Source of the DNA: Curvularia clavata | Taxonomy: Eukaryota | Assembly (NCBI GenBank): GCA_023920165.1 | Contig: CP089279.1 | Location: 2,232,001 to 2,296,000, forward strand | Length of the DNA stretch: 64,000 nt | Reading direction: 5' to 3' | Part shown: positions 1 to 13,142 of the stretch, in pieces | How the letters are laid out: the number at the start of each line of letters is the position of its first letter | How positions within the stretch are numbered: the stretch's first letter is position 1 | Program-made: the position numbers and the translations under genes | Notes under the pieces: model-generated | Told to the model about the DNA's origin: nothing | Database searches by the model: none | What the model saw: the letters and a program-made list of their open reading frames with translations, nothing else

Positions 1-1224
1 GAGGTGGGCCCATCCAAGTTCAGCCCAGAACAGCTTTTGACACTCAGCAGGCCCACCACGAACATCTCCATGCCCTGCTCGACCCACAAAGACTGAATGT
101 CATGTTCAAATCCATCGGTGCCAACATGACACAGCTCGACGCGAGCACCCAACTTTTGCCAGTATCCGTGCCACGATCCGAAACTAAAACGCACCTTCCA
201 TCATCACTAAAATCAATTACTAGACTCCTCGCACGAGCCGCGCCTTGGTACGCACATGAGATGCTTGCGAGAAGCTTCGTGACTGACATCCTACAGGCTA
301 CATGCGACTACGCGAGCTCGCGCATTGTACCTGCTGTGTCATGTTTGCTTAGATAATCGTGTAACCTCAGACTTTGACATACTGCAAGCTGTTCAAGACA
401 CCATGGAAGCCATCATGTGCAATTTTGCCGACAACACCAGGCTGATCTCAGGCGTAGGAGGCCCTCCGACACAGCAGGACGTACAGTTTCTAATCGCTTC
501 CCAGCTGAATGACTTCACAACCCAGCTGCTCACCAAAGTTACCCATCCTGTGCTGCAAAGAAACCTAACATGTGCACTGCCAGCCAAATGCCCGTTGACT
601 GCCTATCTACAGCGTTACCTGGCTCTTTCTTTCCTGGTTCATCCAGCACCTGTCAACATGCCTCTTACAGATCAAAAGGCACATGATCTTGTACTCGAAC
701 ATGTCGCAGAGTCGCCCGACTTCTTTGTCAACAAGAACACCGACTACGATCATCTCGCTGCCCGGTTGGCATTGCTTGACATTGCTATTGGGCCGGGACT
801 TTTGACCGTGCCATACCAACCGCTACCAAGCTCAACACACGCATCAGTGGGTTCGTCTCCAGTCCAAGCCCCAGTGCCAGCTTCGTCAGAGGTCAGGCAA
901 TTCAACGAACAAATTGATGCGCTCGCGCAACAAATAAAGCTTCTGGGAAACTCAATTGTCGAAGCTGGTGCAGTGGTGGACATCACCATTCTAGAGACTA
1001 AAAACTCTGTAGAGCGAATATGCGCCCGACTGGAGCATGCTTCGCGGATCGGCGGGAAGAAGGTGCACAATGTGTTTGGTAGCGAAGAGGAAGACGCCCA
1101 GCTCAGACTCAACCGCTTCTTCAAGAAGAAGACAGGGAGACCGTCTCCATCCGTCTCCTCAGGCGGCATCTTCAATCAAGACGAAGACTCTGATCTCGAC
1201 CTGGTCGATCCTACAAAGACTTGA
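1..1224 (+). CDS. 3' part of a hypothetical protein, 5'-truncated by the window. Exons <1..247, 297..453, 505..1224
   Basis: Open frame from the window start. Intron 248..296 (GTACGC...CTGAC...CAG) joins it in frame to ORF 325..1224. Probable in-frame intron 454..504 (GTAGGA...CTAAT...CAG). Helical Leu-rich protein; family not recognised. Confidence 0.75.
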
Positions 1225-1948
1225 CCAGTCGCTTGGTTCAGACGCTTCTACCAAGACCCAGACTCCCATACACACCGTGCCCTCTTTTTTTGCCTTTTTG
1301 TCTGTCGCCATGACCACGTGAATTCTCGATAGCTACTAGGTAGTTGCGCAATGTGATGAGCCGCCCAAACCCCTGTGTACCCCTCAATCAGAAGCAATCC
1401 CGCCGTCCTCGTTAAACTCTGGCGTTGCTTGGCGGTGTGCCTGGGTTCCCACGCAACCGCCTTTTTCAGGGGGATCTGCAGGAGGGAGATGTTGTCGCGT
1501 CCCCGCGTAAGTACTTGGTACCTAGGTACCTAGGTTACAGCCGGGAGGGGCCCACATCAAAACCCAATCCTCATCAAATGGTTTTTAACGATTTTTTCTT
1601 TGAGGAAGCTGGCCTCGCTCTCTCCTTTTTGTTCATGCAAGAAAGCCACTAGAAATCCTTCGATGCAAAGAGGTGATTTTTTTTTTTCTTGCCTTAGGCG
1701 AAGATTAGTGTAGAAAGGTAGATTAGACATCATCTTTTTTTTTTCTCTCTCTCTCTGCAGCAGAGGGCACAATCAACGTTGACTCGAGCGCAGCATGAAA
1801 CCCCCACCTCTGCACCTCGTATCTACCCACATACATACATATATACATTAGTCATGTCTTAGCCTTTGCCCTTTTTTTCTCCTTCACCCAAAAGAATATA
1901 CGATCCTTATCCCCCCCTTTCTCCTGTCACACTGCATCTGCATATCCT

Positions 1949-1975
1949 TAGTCCCTAGTCCCTAGTCCCTAGTCC
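1949..1975. repeat. (TAGTCCC)x~4 tandem repeat
   Basis: tagtccctagtccctagtccctagtcc read directly. Confidence 0.9.
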
Positions 1976-3856
1976 TCCTGCCTATTTCTGCCTTGTCGCG
2001 AGGCGAAACGGCTCAGGGTCAAACTCGTTCATGCAAACATACATGGGTGCGCATCCTTCGCACTAGTGGCATTGACTTCATTAAAGTCACGTGAATAGTT
2101 GCTACGTACATACATACGTGGACTATTGTTTAGTGGCGAAGAGAGGACGAACGAGTGGTATCCCTGGGGGTATACTCGGTATGGGGCGGTGCGTGGTATA
2201 GGGTACTATGTTTATGTGGTGGGTGCGTGGACGCACGCACGGAGTTAGGATGCATCGGCTCGGTGATGGGAGGCTGGGGATTGAGGGCTTAGGTCCGTAG
2301 ATTCGGGCTGGGGTTGATGGGGAGATGAGGTTATGCGGAGGGGTGTGTGTGTGAGTATAGTAGAGGCGCATGGTGTAAGAATGTGGAAAAAAACTACTGT
2401 TGTGGCGTCTTCGTGGCTGATTTGGGGAAATGCGAGACTTGGAACCAGATGTATAGTTAACGACGAAATAGATCACAGAGATAGCAAGCACTACAACATC
2501 TGAGAATAGATAGATGGGCATATGGTACTCCTTCTGCGCGCTTCGTGGTTGGTATGGTTATTCACAGATTGAAAACCCTTGTATTCAATGTGAAAAAAAT
2601 TCAAGTCAGGAAGATCCTCAATTCATTGTATACAATGACCCTCTGAATTAGGCCAAAAGAAAAAGAAAAAAGATTTCTTCTGGTCATAGACACTAGCATC
2701 TCTCTCTTCGTTCTCAATTATCCTTCCGCATAGAGAGTTGATATTGACGACCAATAATGACTTGACGTAAGTGTTGGATGAAACCTGGAAATGATACACA
2801 TAGTGATTGCCATCAGTTATTGTTTGTCCGGCTGGAGGTACAATAGAACGGCAAGATAGGAACCGTGTCATCTGCCACATTCTGTTTTTTTTTGGCTCTT
2901 GGCCATAGTCAGAAAAGTCACAGTTTGTTTTCTTTACTCGCCTGAATGTTTACTTGCGAGAATTTTTTTACTAAGTAAGTATGGAAAAGCGCCAATTGAT
3001 TGTTTTTGTCTCTGTGGTGTGTCTGGATTGATAGGCTAGTTGTTTGTAGAGCATCAGAAGTAGCGTGGTTGCTTTGGGCGAGAAGAGAAGTACGAGAGTG
3101 AAATGAGGAGATTGGATTAGAATGTGTAGGGAGGTAGCGTTGGGGATACAGAGAAGACTTAGTTCCTATGCTTTTTAGGGGCATGGAAAATATTGTGATG
3201 ATAGGAAGGAAATGAGTGATATGCTGAGAAGAGTGCCAAAATACATAGCCGGGAAACTTTTTTCGGATAAGGTATGTTTGTAGAAGTATATTTTAATTCA
3301 TCGTTGCTTCCTGCAAATCAAAATGCAAGGTAGGAAAAAACCCGACCCTTGGAGTTCAAGTTGACATTTTAATGTTCAAAGTCCATTTCAGAACAATGTT
3401 ATATCAAAGCAAACAAGAGAAAGAGAAGAAAGCGCACGTGGATTGGGTACTAGTCACGAAATAGAATCTACTACTGCGTCATTGATGATTAATCCTCCTG
3501 ATTCTATGTACATGAAGAAAAATGAAGAAGCAACAGACTATCTAACAGCAAAGAAAACATATACAACTGGAGATGGGAATCAAAAACAAGAAACAAGAAG
3601 CCCGATAGTGTGCTCAGCGCTGCTGAAAAGCCCAGCCATTGTCATTAAGTGTACCTGCATCACCACGTGTAAGAACCATTTCAAGTGCCAAAGAAGGAGA
3701 AAAAAGCAGACAGAGTCGTTGGATATCAGACATGAACGTTTCGTCTGCTTGATTTTCTTTTTTCTTTTTTTCCTTTGTACGTCCTTTCCCCAACCCACCA
3801 TGTCCCCCTCTTTTCTACTTCTTCCACGTTATCTCTGCAAACGAGTTTCACAGCGT

Positions 3857-4731
3857 CTAAAGCCCACCAAATCCGTTCTTCTCATCAATGTGCCTGTAGC
3901 GCTCCTGCTCCTGGCGGTACTTGAGCACCATGGCAACGCAAAGCACGAGAAGGACGTCGACGCCGACGATTCCAAAGGCGGCGGTGAAGATTTGGTCGAG
4001 GTACTTGTTGGCGAAGGAGGAGAATTTGCCGATGCAACCGCCCTTTTGCGCGGCAACCAGCGTGTTTTGGCATGTGCTGTCCTGGACGAATGGAGGGGTA
4101 GTGGAGTTGACGTAGCCGCAGCAGTCGAACTGTTTATTGTTAGTTTTAAGCCAAAGAGAGTTGCTTCGAGTATCTCAAATTTGCAAGATATCGATTTCAC
4201 AGGACTAAACTCACCCTCTGCTGCAAGAGACTCTGGATAAGCGGCGTCTCACGTCCCCAGAGCACGCTGAGGTTCCTGCGCGTCTCGAGAGTTTCGACCC
4301 AGATGGCTACACCAAGACCGAGGGTAAAGGTTGCACAGACGACGACCAGCCAGCCCTGAGTACGAAGCCAGCCGCGGTTGGTGGGGAGGAAAAGTGCGGG
4401 AAGAGAGAGCAAGAAGGTCACAAAGACGAAGATTGCATTGACCACACCGGCTGGATATATCGTTAGTTGGTGTTCATTCATTTACAAGATAATTGTATCG
4501 AGTATTCGCAGTGAACTAGACATCAAATCCAGAGATGTTGCATGTTTAGTCAAGAAAAGTCGTACCTGTCAAGGGACACTGGCCGAGCAGCAGATTCTTG
4601 GTGACATTGTCCACGGTAGGCGTGGCTCGCATGGATTGCTCAGAAATGAGGGAGAAGCCCAGCAACAAGCCTCCGCAGGCGGCGAAGAGAAAGTCCATGC
4701 CCACAAAGGCCATCATCAACTTGGTAGGCAT
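3857..4731 (-). CDS. PLS1: Fungal tetraspanin Pls1. Exons 4731..4566, 4450..4215, 4129..3857
   Basis: Spliced product MPTKLMMAFVGMDFLF...QQRFDCCGYVNSTTPPFVQDSTC...GC...ERYRHIDEKNGFGGL has 4 TM segments, the CCG motif in the large loop and the C-terminal ERYRHIDEK signature of Pls1. Both introns are GT-AG with CTAAC branch sites. Confidence 0.95.
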
Positions 4732-5073
4732 CTTGGCGGTATTGTACGGATACGTCAGAGAGAGAGATGACTAGCAAAAGAAAGCAAAATGAATGGCAGA
4801 TAAAAAAAATAGACAAAGAATCAAAGTCGAGCGCAGGGAGTCGGCCGGCGTACTCGAATGCTGCGTCGATGAGTGAGTGACGGCGAAGAATTAGATAGAG
4901 AATAGAGTCAATGGGAAGAGAAGAGAAGGTGAGCAAGACCAGCACTCGGGCGAAAACAGCACGGCATAGGGGAAACGGGGGGCATCGAGCATTAAGAGGC
5001 TCTGCTTGGGCGCGTCGCAGTTTGGACAGCGACGATGCATGTGTGGTTTCAGTAGTGTTGGAGCATGGACGGC

Positions 5074-5083
5074 AGCCAATCAG
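5074..5083. promoter_or_regulatory. CCAAT box (AGCCAATCAG) upstream of PLS1
   Basis: Good match to the Hap/NF-Y consensus RRCCAATSRG, about 350 bp upstream of the PLS1 ATG. Function untested. Confidence 0.4.
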
Positions 5084-5280
5084 GGCGCGCGACGAGGCAG
5101 ATGGTTCGATGTTTTGGCGCTGCGACGTGGTTGCGCCACAAATGAGTGGAGCAGCGAGTGTGAAGGGCCGCCGAGCTGCGACACGGCAGTTTGTACGAGG
5201 CTGCTGTCGCAGTCGCGATAGTACGACGTCAGCATCACTGTCGACGACATGAGCAAGGGATGGTGGAGGAGGGTTCAGAG

Positions 5281-5306
5281 GGCGTGGCGTGGCGTGGCGT
5301 GGCGTG
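5281..5306. repeat. (GGCGT)x5 microsatellite
   Basis: ggcgtggcgtggcgtggcgtggcgtg read directly. Confidence 0.9.
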
Positions 5307-6610
5307 CATCACGTGGGCTCGGGGCGGGTGAGAGAGGTGTGCAGGCGCCACCAACAGCCGAAGGGCCGGTCGAGGCTAGACCGCGCAGCTGGCGAAACGA
5401 GACCGGACGGGGAAGGAGCCTAAGGGTGGTGCTTGCCCAGCGACGCAGGCAGGCCGCGGCTTCCCAGTCGAGGGCCCACCACGAGCGCGTCCAAACACAG
5501 GGCGGCCTCGGGACGTTGGATTGCAGGTGGGCGTGGCAGCTGTGGTTACTACGCAGTAGGTTAGTGGCAATAGATGAGCAGGCAGCAGACCAGACGAAAC
5601 GGCGAGCGGCAGCGGCTGCACCAGGGTGCCTCTCTGCGGGCTGCGGGCCTGCTGGCTGCTTACCTACCGCACTGGCAAGCCATGGACAGATAGATATTAG
5701 ATACAATACAATAATCTGGCAGACGGCCGAGGCCGCACACGCACACGCACACGCCCTGGTAGACGGTACAGCAGCAGGGCAGGCGACCTGGAGCAGTCGA
5801 GCGTCCATCTGACCCGGGCGGGCCTAGCGTGCCGGCTGGGCCAATGGCGGCCTTCACAGGTCCCGGGCCGTGCCCAGCTGGCGTCTAGCGCAGCCCTCGG
5901 CCTCAGGCGGACGGCGCTGTTTTCGAGTGGGAGGGCCGTTGCTGTTCATCTCCAAAAGCGACCTGACAGCTCGAGCGTGGCCCAGAAGCCCCTCGGTGCC
6001 AGAGTCGACGGCACCTGGCATGTATACATACGCTGCCACGCGGCCAGCAACCGCACGCAGCGCATGCCCGAGTCGGTCGGCTCCATGTTATCGTCGTCGC
6101 AGGCCCCCAGAGCAGCGAGGCACTGCGATTGCTGCTCCGATCTGCGATTCAGAGCAGTGACCAGGGTCGCGCTCAAGCGGCATCCGCCCCCAGTTGCTGG
6201 TGGGTAGTTGACGGCCTGCCCGCACCAAAGCAGCCAAAGCAGCCGTCCAGAGAAATACTTGACCACTCCCGCCGTTTCATTCCCAATCCCGTTCGTCCCT
6301 TTCCTTCTCAAGACAGCTCGCGGCCTACCACCACACAGCTGCACCACTCCGTCTGTCCCTGCGTGTCCGAGCCTGCCATACCGGCGGCCCAGCTCCACAA
6401 GCTCCAGACAGGGTCACTCGAACCACCACCACCACCACCCAAGCCCACCGTCTTCTCTCCACACAGCTCGTCTCTCAACGGCGCGCGAAAAGCAACCCCC
6501 CAGCACGCAACAAACCCGCCAAAAAAAAAAAAGAGAGAGCACCCGACGACCAACGCCAAAAAAAAAAGACGCCGAAGAGGAGGAAAAAAAAGTACCGCAG
6601 ACACGACCAG

Positions 6611-6971
6611 GTGCGTTCCGTCACGAACCCTTTCCTTTGCTTTGCACCCCCCTTCCCTTCCCTACCCTCCCTGCACACTCGCCTGCAACCCCCGGGCGGC
6701 GCGCGCGCACCAGGCGCAGGTCAGGCTGGTCACGCTGGCGGTGGGTGCTTGGCTGGGCATCCCAGCCACTCCCTGCCGCACGGCTCGCCGAGTAATTAGC
6801 GCTTTCCGCCGGCAGCAGCGTGCGACCGAGCGCGCCCTCCCCGCGCACCTTTCCTTGCAATTCCTGCCGCGCCAGCACAGAGGGACCAGCCCCGATCTTT
6901 TAACAGGCCGCGGCGCTTCTTTTCCTATTGAGGTCAACCTTTGAGTCTAACCCAACTCAACCTGTCTGCAG
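6611..6971 (+). other. Putative 5'-UTR intron of MCM1
   Basis: CAG|GTGCGT donor at 6611, CTAAC branch at 6947 and CAG acceptor at 6969-6971. It lies in an ATG-free stretch (6088..7111) before the MCM1 start. Confidence 0.55.
6921..6937 (+). promoter_or_regulatory. Mcm1/SRF-type binding site (TTTCCTATTGAGGTCAA)
   Basis: Core CCTATTGAGG fits the yeast Mcm1 consensus CCYWWWNNGG, with a TTT left flank. It is about 180 bp upstream of the MCM1 ATG. Confidence 0.5.
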
Positions 6972-7111
6972 TTCGTTCTGTAACATTTTGCCTGCCCGCC
7001 CAAACCACGCAAGAACGCCTGCCAACTCCCCACACTCGGCCGCATCCAGTTTAGGGCCCTCGTCCGCCAAACCCTAACCAATCCTCGTCCCTCTTGTCCA
7101 CCGCAACCACC

Positions 7112-8039
7112 ATGGCCAGCGAGATCACTGAGCACGACCAGAACGCGTCGCCTTCTGTCCACGACGACGGCAATGGCCAACTCGGCATGGAGAACCGCGG
7201 CGTCAAGCGCGCGCGCGCCGCTGCCGACGACGACGATGACGACGACGACAAGCCCGGCCGCGAGCGAAGAAAGATTGAGATCAAGTTCATCCAGGACAAG
7301 TCGCGTCGTCACATTACCTTTTCCAAGCGCAAGGCTGGTATCATGAAGAAGGTATGTCTGCCTCGACTTTTCGCCTCTTTGTCGCCCTGTGTGTATAGCC
7401 GTGGGCGTCGACGGCTGTGTCGGTCTGCACGCGCGGACATGCTGCAGTGCGCACACACTGCACATCCTTTCCCCCTTCCATCACTCCACCACTCCACTTG
7501 TCTACGATTCTTTTTATCGCCCATCGCCAGCAGCATCCTCGACTGACCATACATACCTCAGGCCTACGAGCTGTCTGTCCTCACCGGCACCCAAGTGCTG
7601 CTGCTTGTCGTGTCTGAGACAGGTCTGGTCTACACCTTCACCACACCCAAGCTGCAACCGCTTGTCACCAAGCCAGAGGGCAAGAACCTCATCCAGGTAC
7701 GCTGCAAACAGTGGTCTCGCCGAGCCATCGCGCAGCATCACTAACCCGCTACAGGCCTGCCTAAACGCACCAGAGCCCTCGAGCGGAGATGCAAATGGTG
7801 TCGACAATGACACCGTCGAGTCCCCCGAGGACAACCACGCTCAGGTGCCCCCAGGCCAGCCCCGCATGCCGCCCAACAACCAGGCCATGCCCCAGGCCTA
7901 CATGACTCCAGAGGCTGCGCTCCATTACCAGAGCTATCTGCAACAGCAGCAGCAGCAATCCAACCAGTATCCCATGGCCCAACAAGGCATGCCCCGCCAT
8001 CCTGGTGGTCACTACCCCCAGGACCAGAAGCTGGGCTAG
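7112..8039 (+). CDS. MCM1: MADS-box (SRF-type) transcription factor Mcm1. Exons 7112..7351, 7562..7696, 7755..8039
   Basis: ERRKIEIKFIQDKSRRHITFSKRKAGIMKK|AYELSVLTGTQVLLLVVSETGLVYTFTTPKLQPLVTKPEGKNLIQ|ACLNAP is the Mcm1 MADS domain, followed by a Gln-rich tail. Introns are canonical. Confidence 0.97.
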
Positions 8040-10453
8040 ACGTAATACACATATACTCTACCGTTTCGGTAGCAGGTCACTCCTCGAAAGGCGCATAGTA
8101 ACTGGATATGGATACCCACATAATGGCAAAAGTAATCACGGTGTTGCTCGACGAGCCTTTACGCCGGTGTACGAGACGGAGTTTTTGCATGCGGTAGTGG
8201 TAGTAGTGGCTGTTGCAGCAGTAACAGCAGCAGCAGCAGCAGGCGCAGCAGTCGCACGATGTCATGTGGGCACGCAATGTTGGAGAGAAATGCAGTTGCG
8301 TTTTCTGGACGACTGTATGTCTTACGCGGATATTGGCGTGGTGTGGTCTTCTTTTCTTGTTCTCATCTCCTTGTGCTCTCACCTTGACATCTCTAGCATT
8401 TCGTGTCACATTAGCACGTACTGTTTAGATCAGCTCTCTCGCTGCCCGTAGCATTGGTCGAATACAGTACGATAATTCACCTGCGCTCCACCCGTCAGCG
8501 TCGTAAGCCGCTACTTCCGTGTAAGCCTTAGTTCGGTCTGGGCGTTGCTTCCTATTTTGTCGCCCAAACTTGCCTTTCTGGGAGAAGTGACGTGCTACTC
8601 AAACACCACAACCCTGGACCGTTGCTCGAGCGGGTCCTCCTCAAACCATCTGTCATGGAATTCCTCGCCCATGTGTTTTTTTTTCTCCCTTGCTCTCTTT
8701 CGACCCATAACATGACCCAAAAAAGCCGATGCTACATAACTGGCATACGCATCTTTCGACTACCCTGACGTACCCTACCTTCCTGCTATTAGTCCAATAC
8801 GAATGGAACATTGAATTGCGGTGTGAGCATGTGTGTGTGACGTTACGTCTGGACTCGTGCACAGCTTCGTCGAGGCCACAGACTCGAAAAATGCTCCTCG
8901 AGGCACCGTCACACCCGCAACCGCACAACCTTGTATGCCTCTGGTTGTGAAACTGCGTGCGCAAAGAGGACTCGAGACACCAAAAAACTACAACTGAATG
9001 AATATTCAACGAGTAGCAATTGTCTTCTACGTCGGCTTCGGTCCGAGTAGGTTGTACAAAGCGGCGGCCGTATATAGGACAAGGACGGCCAGCCCATCGG
9101 TGCGAGTGCTTCCGTCAGCGGCTGCTCTGCGACTTGACCTAAGAACCGTGTACCTATACAGATAGCGCTCGAGAGATGCAAAAAGCGCCACAGCCGAGCA
9201 AACGAAGCCGTGTGATGACGGAAAGCTCACGATATGCAGATGATCAGGGTCTTGCTCGTTGCTTTTTGGACGACGCTCCTACCCACACGAGGCACTGCTG
9301 GCGACAGAAGCATGGCGTGCGTCAGACCACGAGTCTGTATGCTGACAACTGCCGGTATAGGGCTGATCATCGTTTCTTGTCCCTGTGTCTGTTAACTACT
9401 GCCCACGTCGCAGTTACGGACCGCTCCGCCAAACCTCCACCCAAAGGTACAACCGTCTACTTACCGCGGCACAGGTATCGCGCATGCGGCACAGCTGTAG
9501 TGCGACAAAAAGGGATTCACGCGTCGTACTCCTTGTACGCCCACCGTCTTGGCAGCCAATAACATTCCCAACAGTCAGGTGTGTTGCCTGTGCGTGAATT
9601 GTGCAGGCCCACCAGCTCTCTGGCCGCCACACAGGCTCACTTGACTGCATTTCGCACCCCCGTAGATACACCCTGAGTACTCTAACTCTGTGCCACAATA
9701 CACGTCAGTCCGTCGCTCGGATGCCGGCTCCCTCCCGCTCCATTGCATTTTGCTTCTTTGAGCAGCCCCCGCATCCCGCATAGCCAATAATCTAGACGTG
9801 ACACACAGATCTCGACTCCCCTTACATCACCATTTCAGCTGGCCTCTACACAGGCGGTCCTATGGGGTTATGCAGGGAGCTGTTTTCCTCCACCAATTGG
9901 TACTTGCCTTTTTGCTGATCATCCGTCCTCGGGTCAAAAGCACTCTGGTGTGAGACTACGACACACGTCCAATCGAGCACTATCGTGACCCTCTTCTTAA
10001 GCCGTCTTGAAGCTACATTCTCAACTGTCCATAAACCGGATTTGTTCGCATCAAGATACCGAGCTTCGATACACGCAACTCTCGTGAGTGGCGCATACTC
10101 CCCTATTCTCATTACTAACTTCGTGCCCATGCTCCCAAGATAAGCATCGCCTGAGATACGCACAGCTCCCACCCAATGCTTGTAGTTCCTTTTATTCGTT
10201 AGTCTATTGTGATTTGCTGTGCCTTATCTGCAGGTAGTTGTTTCCCCTCATCCTTCCATAATAACGCCGAGCACCCCAGTACCCCAGTCATACTGCAAGC
10301 GGCATATAAGTCTTGTATTCTCTCGCTATGGTGCTTGGCACCATGCATGAACCTCTTGTGTCAAAATCGCGTGTTGCGCTGTTTAAAAGTTCACCGACTT
10401 GTCGACTTTGAACAGACTCCACTATTTCCACGGCCATCCGACTGCTGTCCAAC

Positions 10454-12261
10454 ATGGCGCTCGACAGCGGCGAAGCCAAAGCCATGGAGGCCATCCAGGA
10501 GGGACGGCTGAGTGCCATAGACACTCAGGATATCGAAAACTCATCGAGCAAATCCATAGATGCAGACGCGATCAAGTTGGCAGAGATGGGCTACACGCAG
10601 GATATGAAGAGAAAGTACACAGTATGGTCCGTCCTCGGAGTTGGCTTCTCCATCACAAACTCCTGGTTTGGAATCTCGGCCGCATTGATTACAGGCATCA
10701 ATTCCGGCGGTCCGCTCCTTGTCATATACGGCATCATCCTCATAGCACTGATATCGACGTGCGTTGGTATTAGTCTGAGTGAGTTGGCGAGTGCCATGCC
10801 AAATGCTGGCGGGCAATACTTCTGGGCTGGAGCACTGGCGCCCAAGAGATTCGCAAGACTTGCGAGCTATGTGACGGGGTGGCTAGCCTGGTGGGGAGCT
10901 ATGTTTACGAGTGCATCCGTGGCACTAGCTATGGGAAGTGCACTCGTGGGATGCTATCAGCTTGGGCACCCAGACTTGTAAGTGACTTCCTGTTTCCTTT
11001 CCTCACCATGTACTACACAATACGGGAACAAAGATTGCTGATGCTCTGATAGCACCATCAAGACCTGGCACGTCTTCCTCGCATACCAACTCTCAAACAT
11101 CTTCTGCTTCTTCTTCAACTGCTATGGCAAGATACTTCCAGCAGTTGGCAAAACCACACTCTGGACCTCACTGGTCTCTTTTGTTGTCATCCTCATAACC
11201 GTTCCCGCTGTCGCACCAACACATCAACATGCTCGCTTTGTCTTTGCGACCTTCATTAACAACACTGGCTGGAAGGAAAACGGCATAGCCTTCATCGTTG
11301 GCCTCGTAAACACAAACTGGGCATTTGCTTGTCTAGACTGCGCCACGCACCTTGCAGAGGAAGTCCATGCTCCCGAGAAAATGGTACCCATCGCCATCAT
11401 GGGCACAGTCGGTATTGGCTTCGTTACCAGCTGGTTCTTTTCTATTGCATGCTTCTTCTCAATCGTCGGCGACTTCACTGAAATAGCCGCGTCTGCCACT
11501 GGCGTGCCTATTCTCGAGATCTTCTTCCGTGCTCTCGATAACAACAAAGCGGGCGCCATTGTACTCGAGGCACTGATCATTGTTACGGGGCTGGGATGTC
11601 TAGTCGCAAGTCACACGTGGCAGAGCCGTCTATGCTGGAGCTTTGCTCGCGACCGTGGACTCCCTGGCCATGTATGGCTGTCAAAAGTGAATCCAGCTCT
11701 CGATGTACCGCTTCACGCACATTTTGTCAGTTGTGTCATCGTAGCCATCATGGGTTGTTTGTACCTGGCTTCCCTGACGGCATTTAACTCGTAAGTTTTT
11801 CCCCTACAGCTCACGACATACAGTGTGATACTGGACTAACGGATGCATTAATGCAACAGTATGATCACAGCATGCATTGTTCTTTTGTATCTCAGCTACT
11901 CCGTCCCAGTCATCTGTCTTCTTGTCCGCGGTCGCGAGAACATTGTCCATGGACCCTTCTGGATGGGCACTTTTGGCCTTTTCGCAAACATTGTTCTGCT
12001 CGTTTGGACGTTGGTTACGCTCATCATGTACTCGTTCCCATATGCCAAACCTGTTGAGCCAGGCAATATGAATTGTAAGTTTTTCCTTTTGTATAGTCTA
12101 GCATGAAACGGAACGAAACGAGCTAACAGTCTTCAGATGTTTGCGTCGTATACGTCATCGTTGCTCTGTTTGCTGGTGTAGATTGGCTTGTACGAGGGCA
12201 TAAGAAATTCAGCACCGCAGATGAGAGAAAATTGGAGGGCCCTGTAGGAACAGTTGGTTGA
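10454..12261 (+). CDS. APC-superfamily amino acid/choline permease (HNM1/UGA4-like). Exons 10454..10977, 11053..11790, 11860..12074, 12137..12261
   Basis: LAEMGYTQDMKRKY, GFSITNSW, ELASAMPNAGGQYFW, FACLDCATHLAEE and SRLCWSFARDRGLP motifs, many TM helices, and three GTAAGT...AG introns that keep the frame. Confidence 0.92.
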
Positions 12262-13142
12262 TGTAGTGCGAATGCCAATATGTGAAAGTGAAGAGCAATC
12301 CTTGTGGTGACGGATACTCGCATGCAGGGATGTTCCTATGTTTGTTGAATGGTATAGAATAGTTTGCGATGATAGTGGTGTATGATTGTGTTTGCTTCAC
12401 CCAGTGCGACAACTCATATACTGGAGATCATCAAGACCAGCAGGTCAAACTCCACGCAAAAGCGCAAGACAAAATCCTAATACTCATCGAACCATGAAAA
12501 TCCGTTGATGATTGAGTTGCTATGGGGATCAAAGAGGAAGGGTAATAGGCTTGGCAGATTCGGGGAACGCGGACGCGGGGCGCTAGAGCCGCGTCGCGCG
12601 TTGTACGGGGCCTTCGTCGATGCACTGACGTCTCATCATAATGTACCTTTTCTTTCTATCGCAACAACGCCCCCGACCCCTACACACGCCCAACTGAATT
12701 CCACTCTCTCACCGACGCTCCCTTGACAACTCAAAGTCCCCAAGCTCTGCTTTCGCAACCCACAACCACCCTCTGCCTCGAACCAAAACTCTTAGCCTCC
12801 AGCAATTGATAGCGTGTGTCGGTTTCTGGGCGCGAGCAATTAGGGACATCGTCACCTTCCCTAGGCAGATACGAGCGCAGTTACCAGCACGAAGATAGGG
12901 ATTCTACGAATATTCAATGCCGGGTTGCGGATTGGTATCTTAGAGGGACTTGTAAAAAGGGCATTTCGTCCCAAGTGAGCGTCTGGGTGAGAGAGCATGG
13001 CGGAAATACTCGAGAAGATCAAGTAAGTGTCGGAACGCGCTGGAGCTCAGCTTCTGCCCTCACTAGTTATGGCCTATCGTCTCGACGGGCCTGTGCCGTG
13101 CCTTCCACCTTCATCCTTCCATGTGCGCCTCTACCAACAGCC

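Noticed and set aside
1949..1975. (TAGTCCC)n as an interstitial telomere or G-quadruplex
   Set aside because: The unit differs from TTAGGG and there are only three full GGG tracts. Treated as a simple repeat.
6129..6944. 271-aa and 195-aa ORFs upstream of MCM1
   Set aside because: No ATG. They are low-complexity products of poly-A and CCA runs in GC-rich leader or intron sequence.
12816..13142. 109-aa N-terminal extension of SEN1 from a GTG start in the ORF track
   Set aside because: Non-ATG start and no protein-like conservation. The ATG at 13143 has a good context (GCCATGG) and begins the recognisable Sen1 N-terminus.
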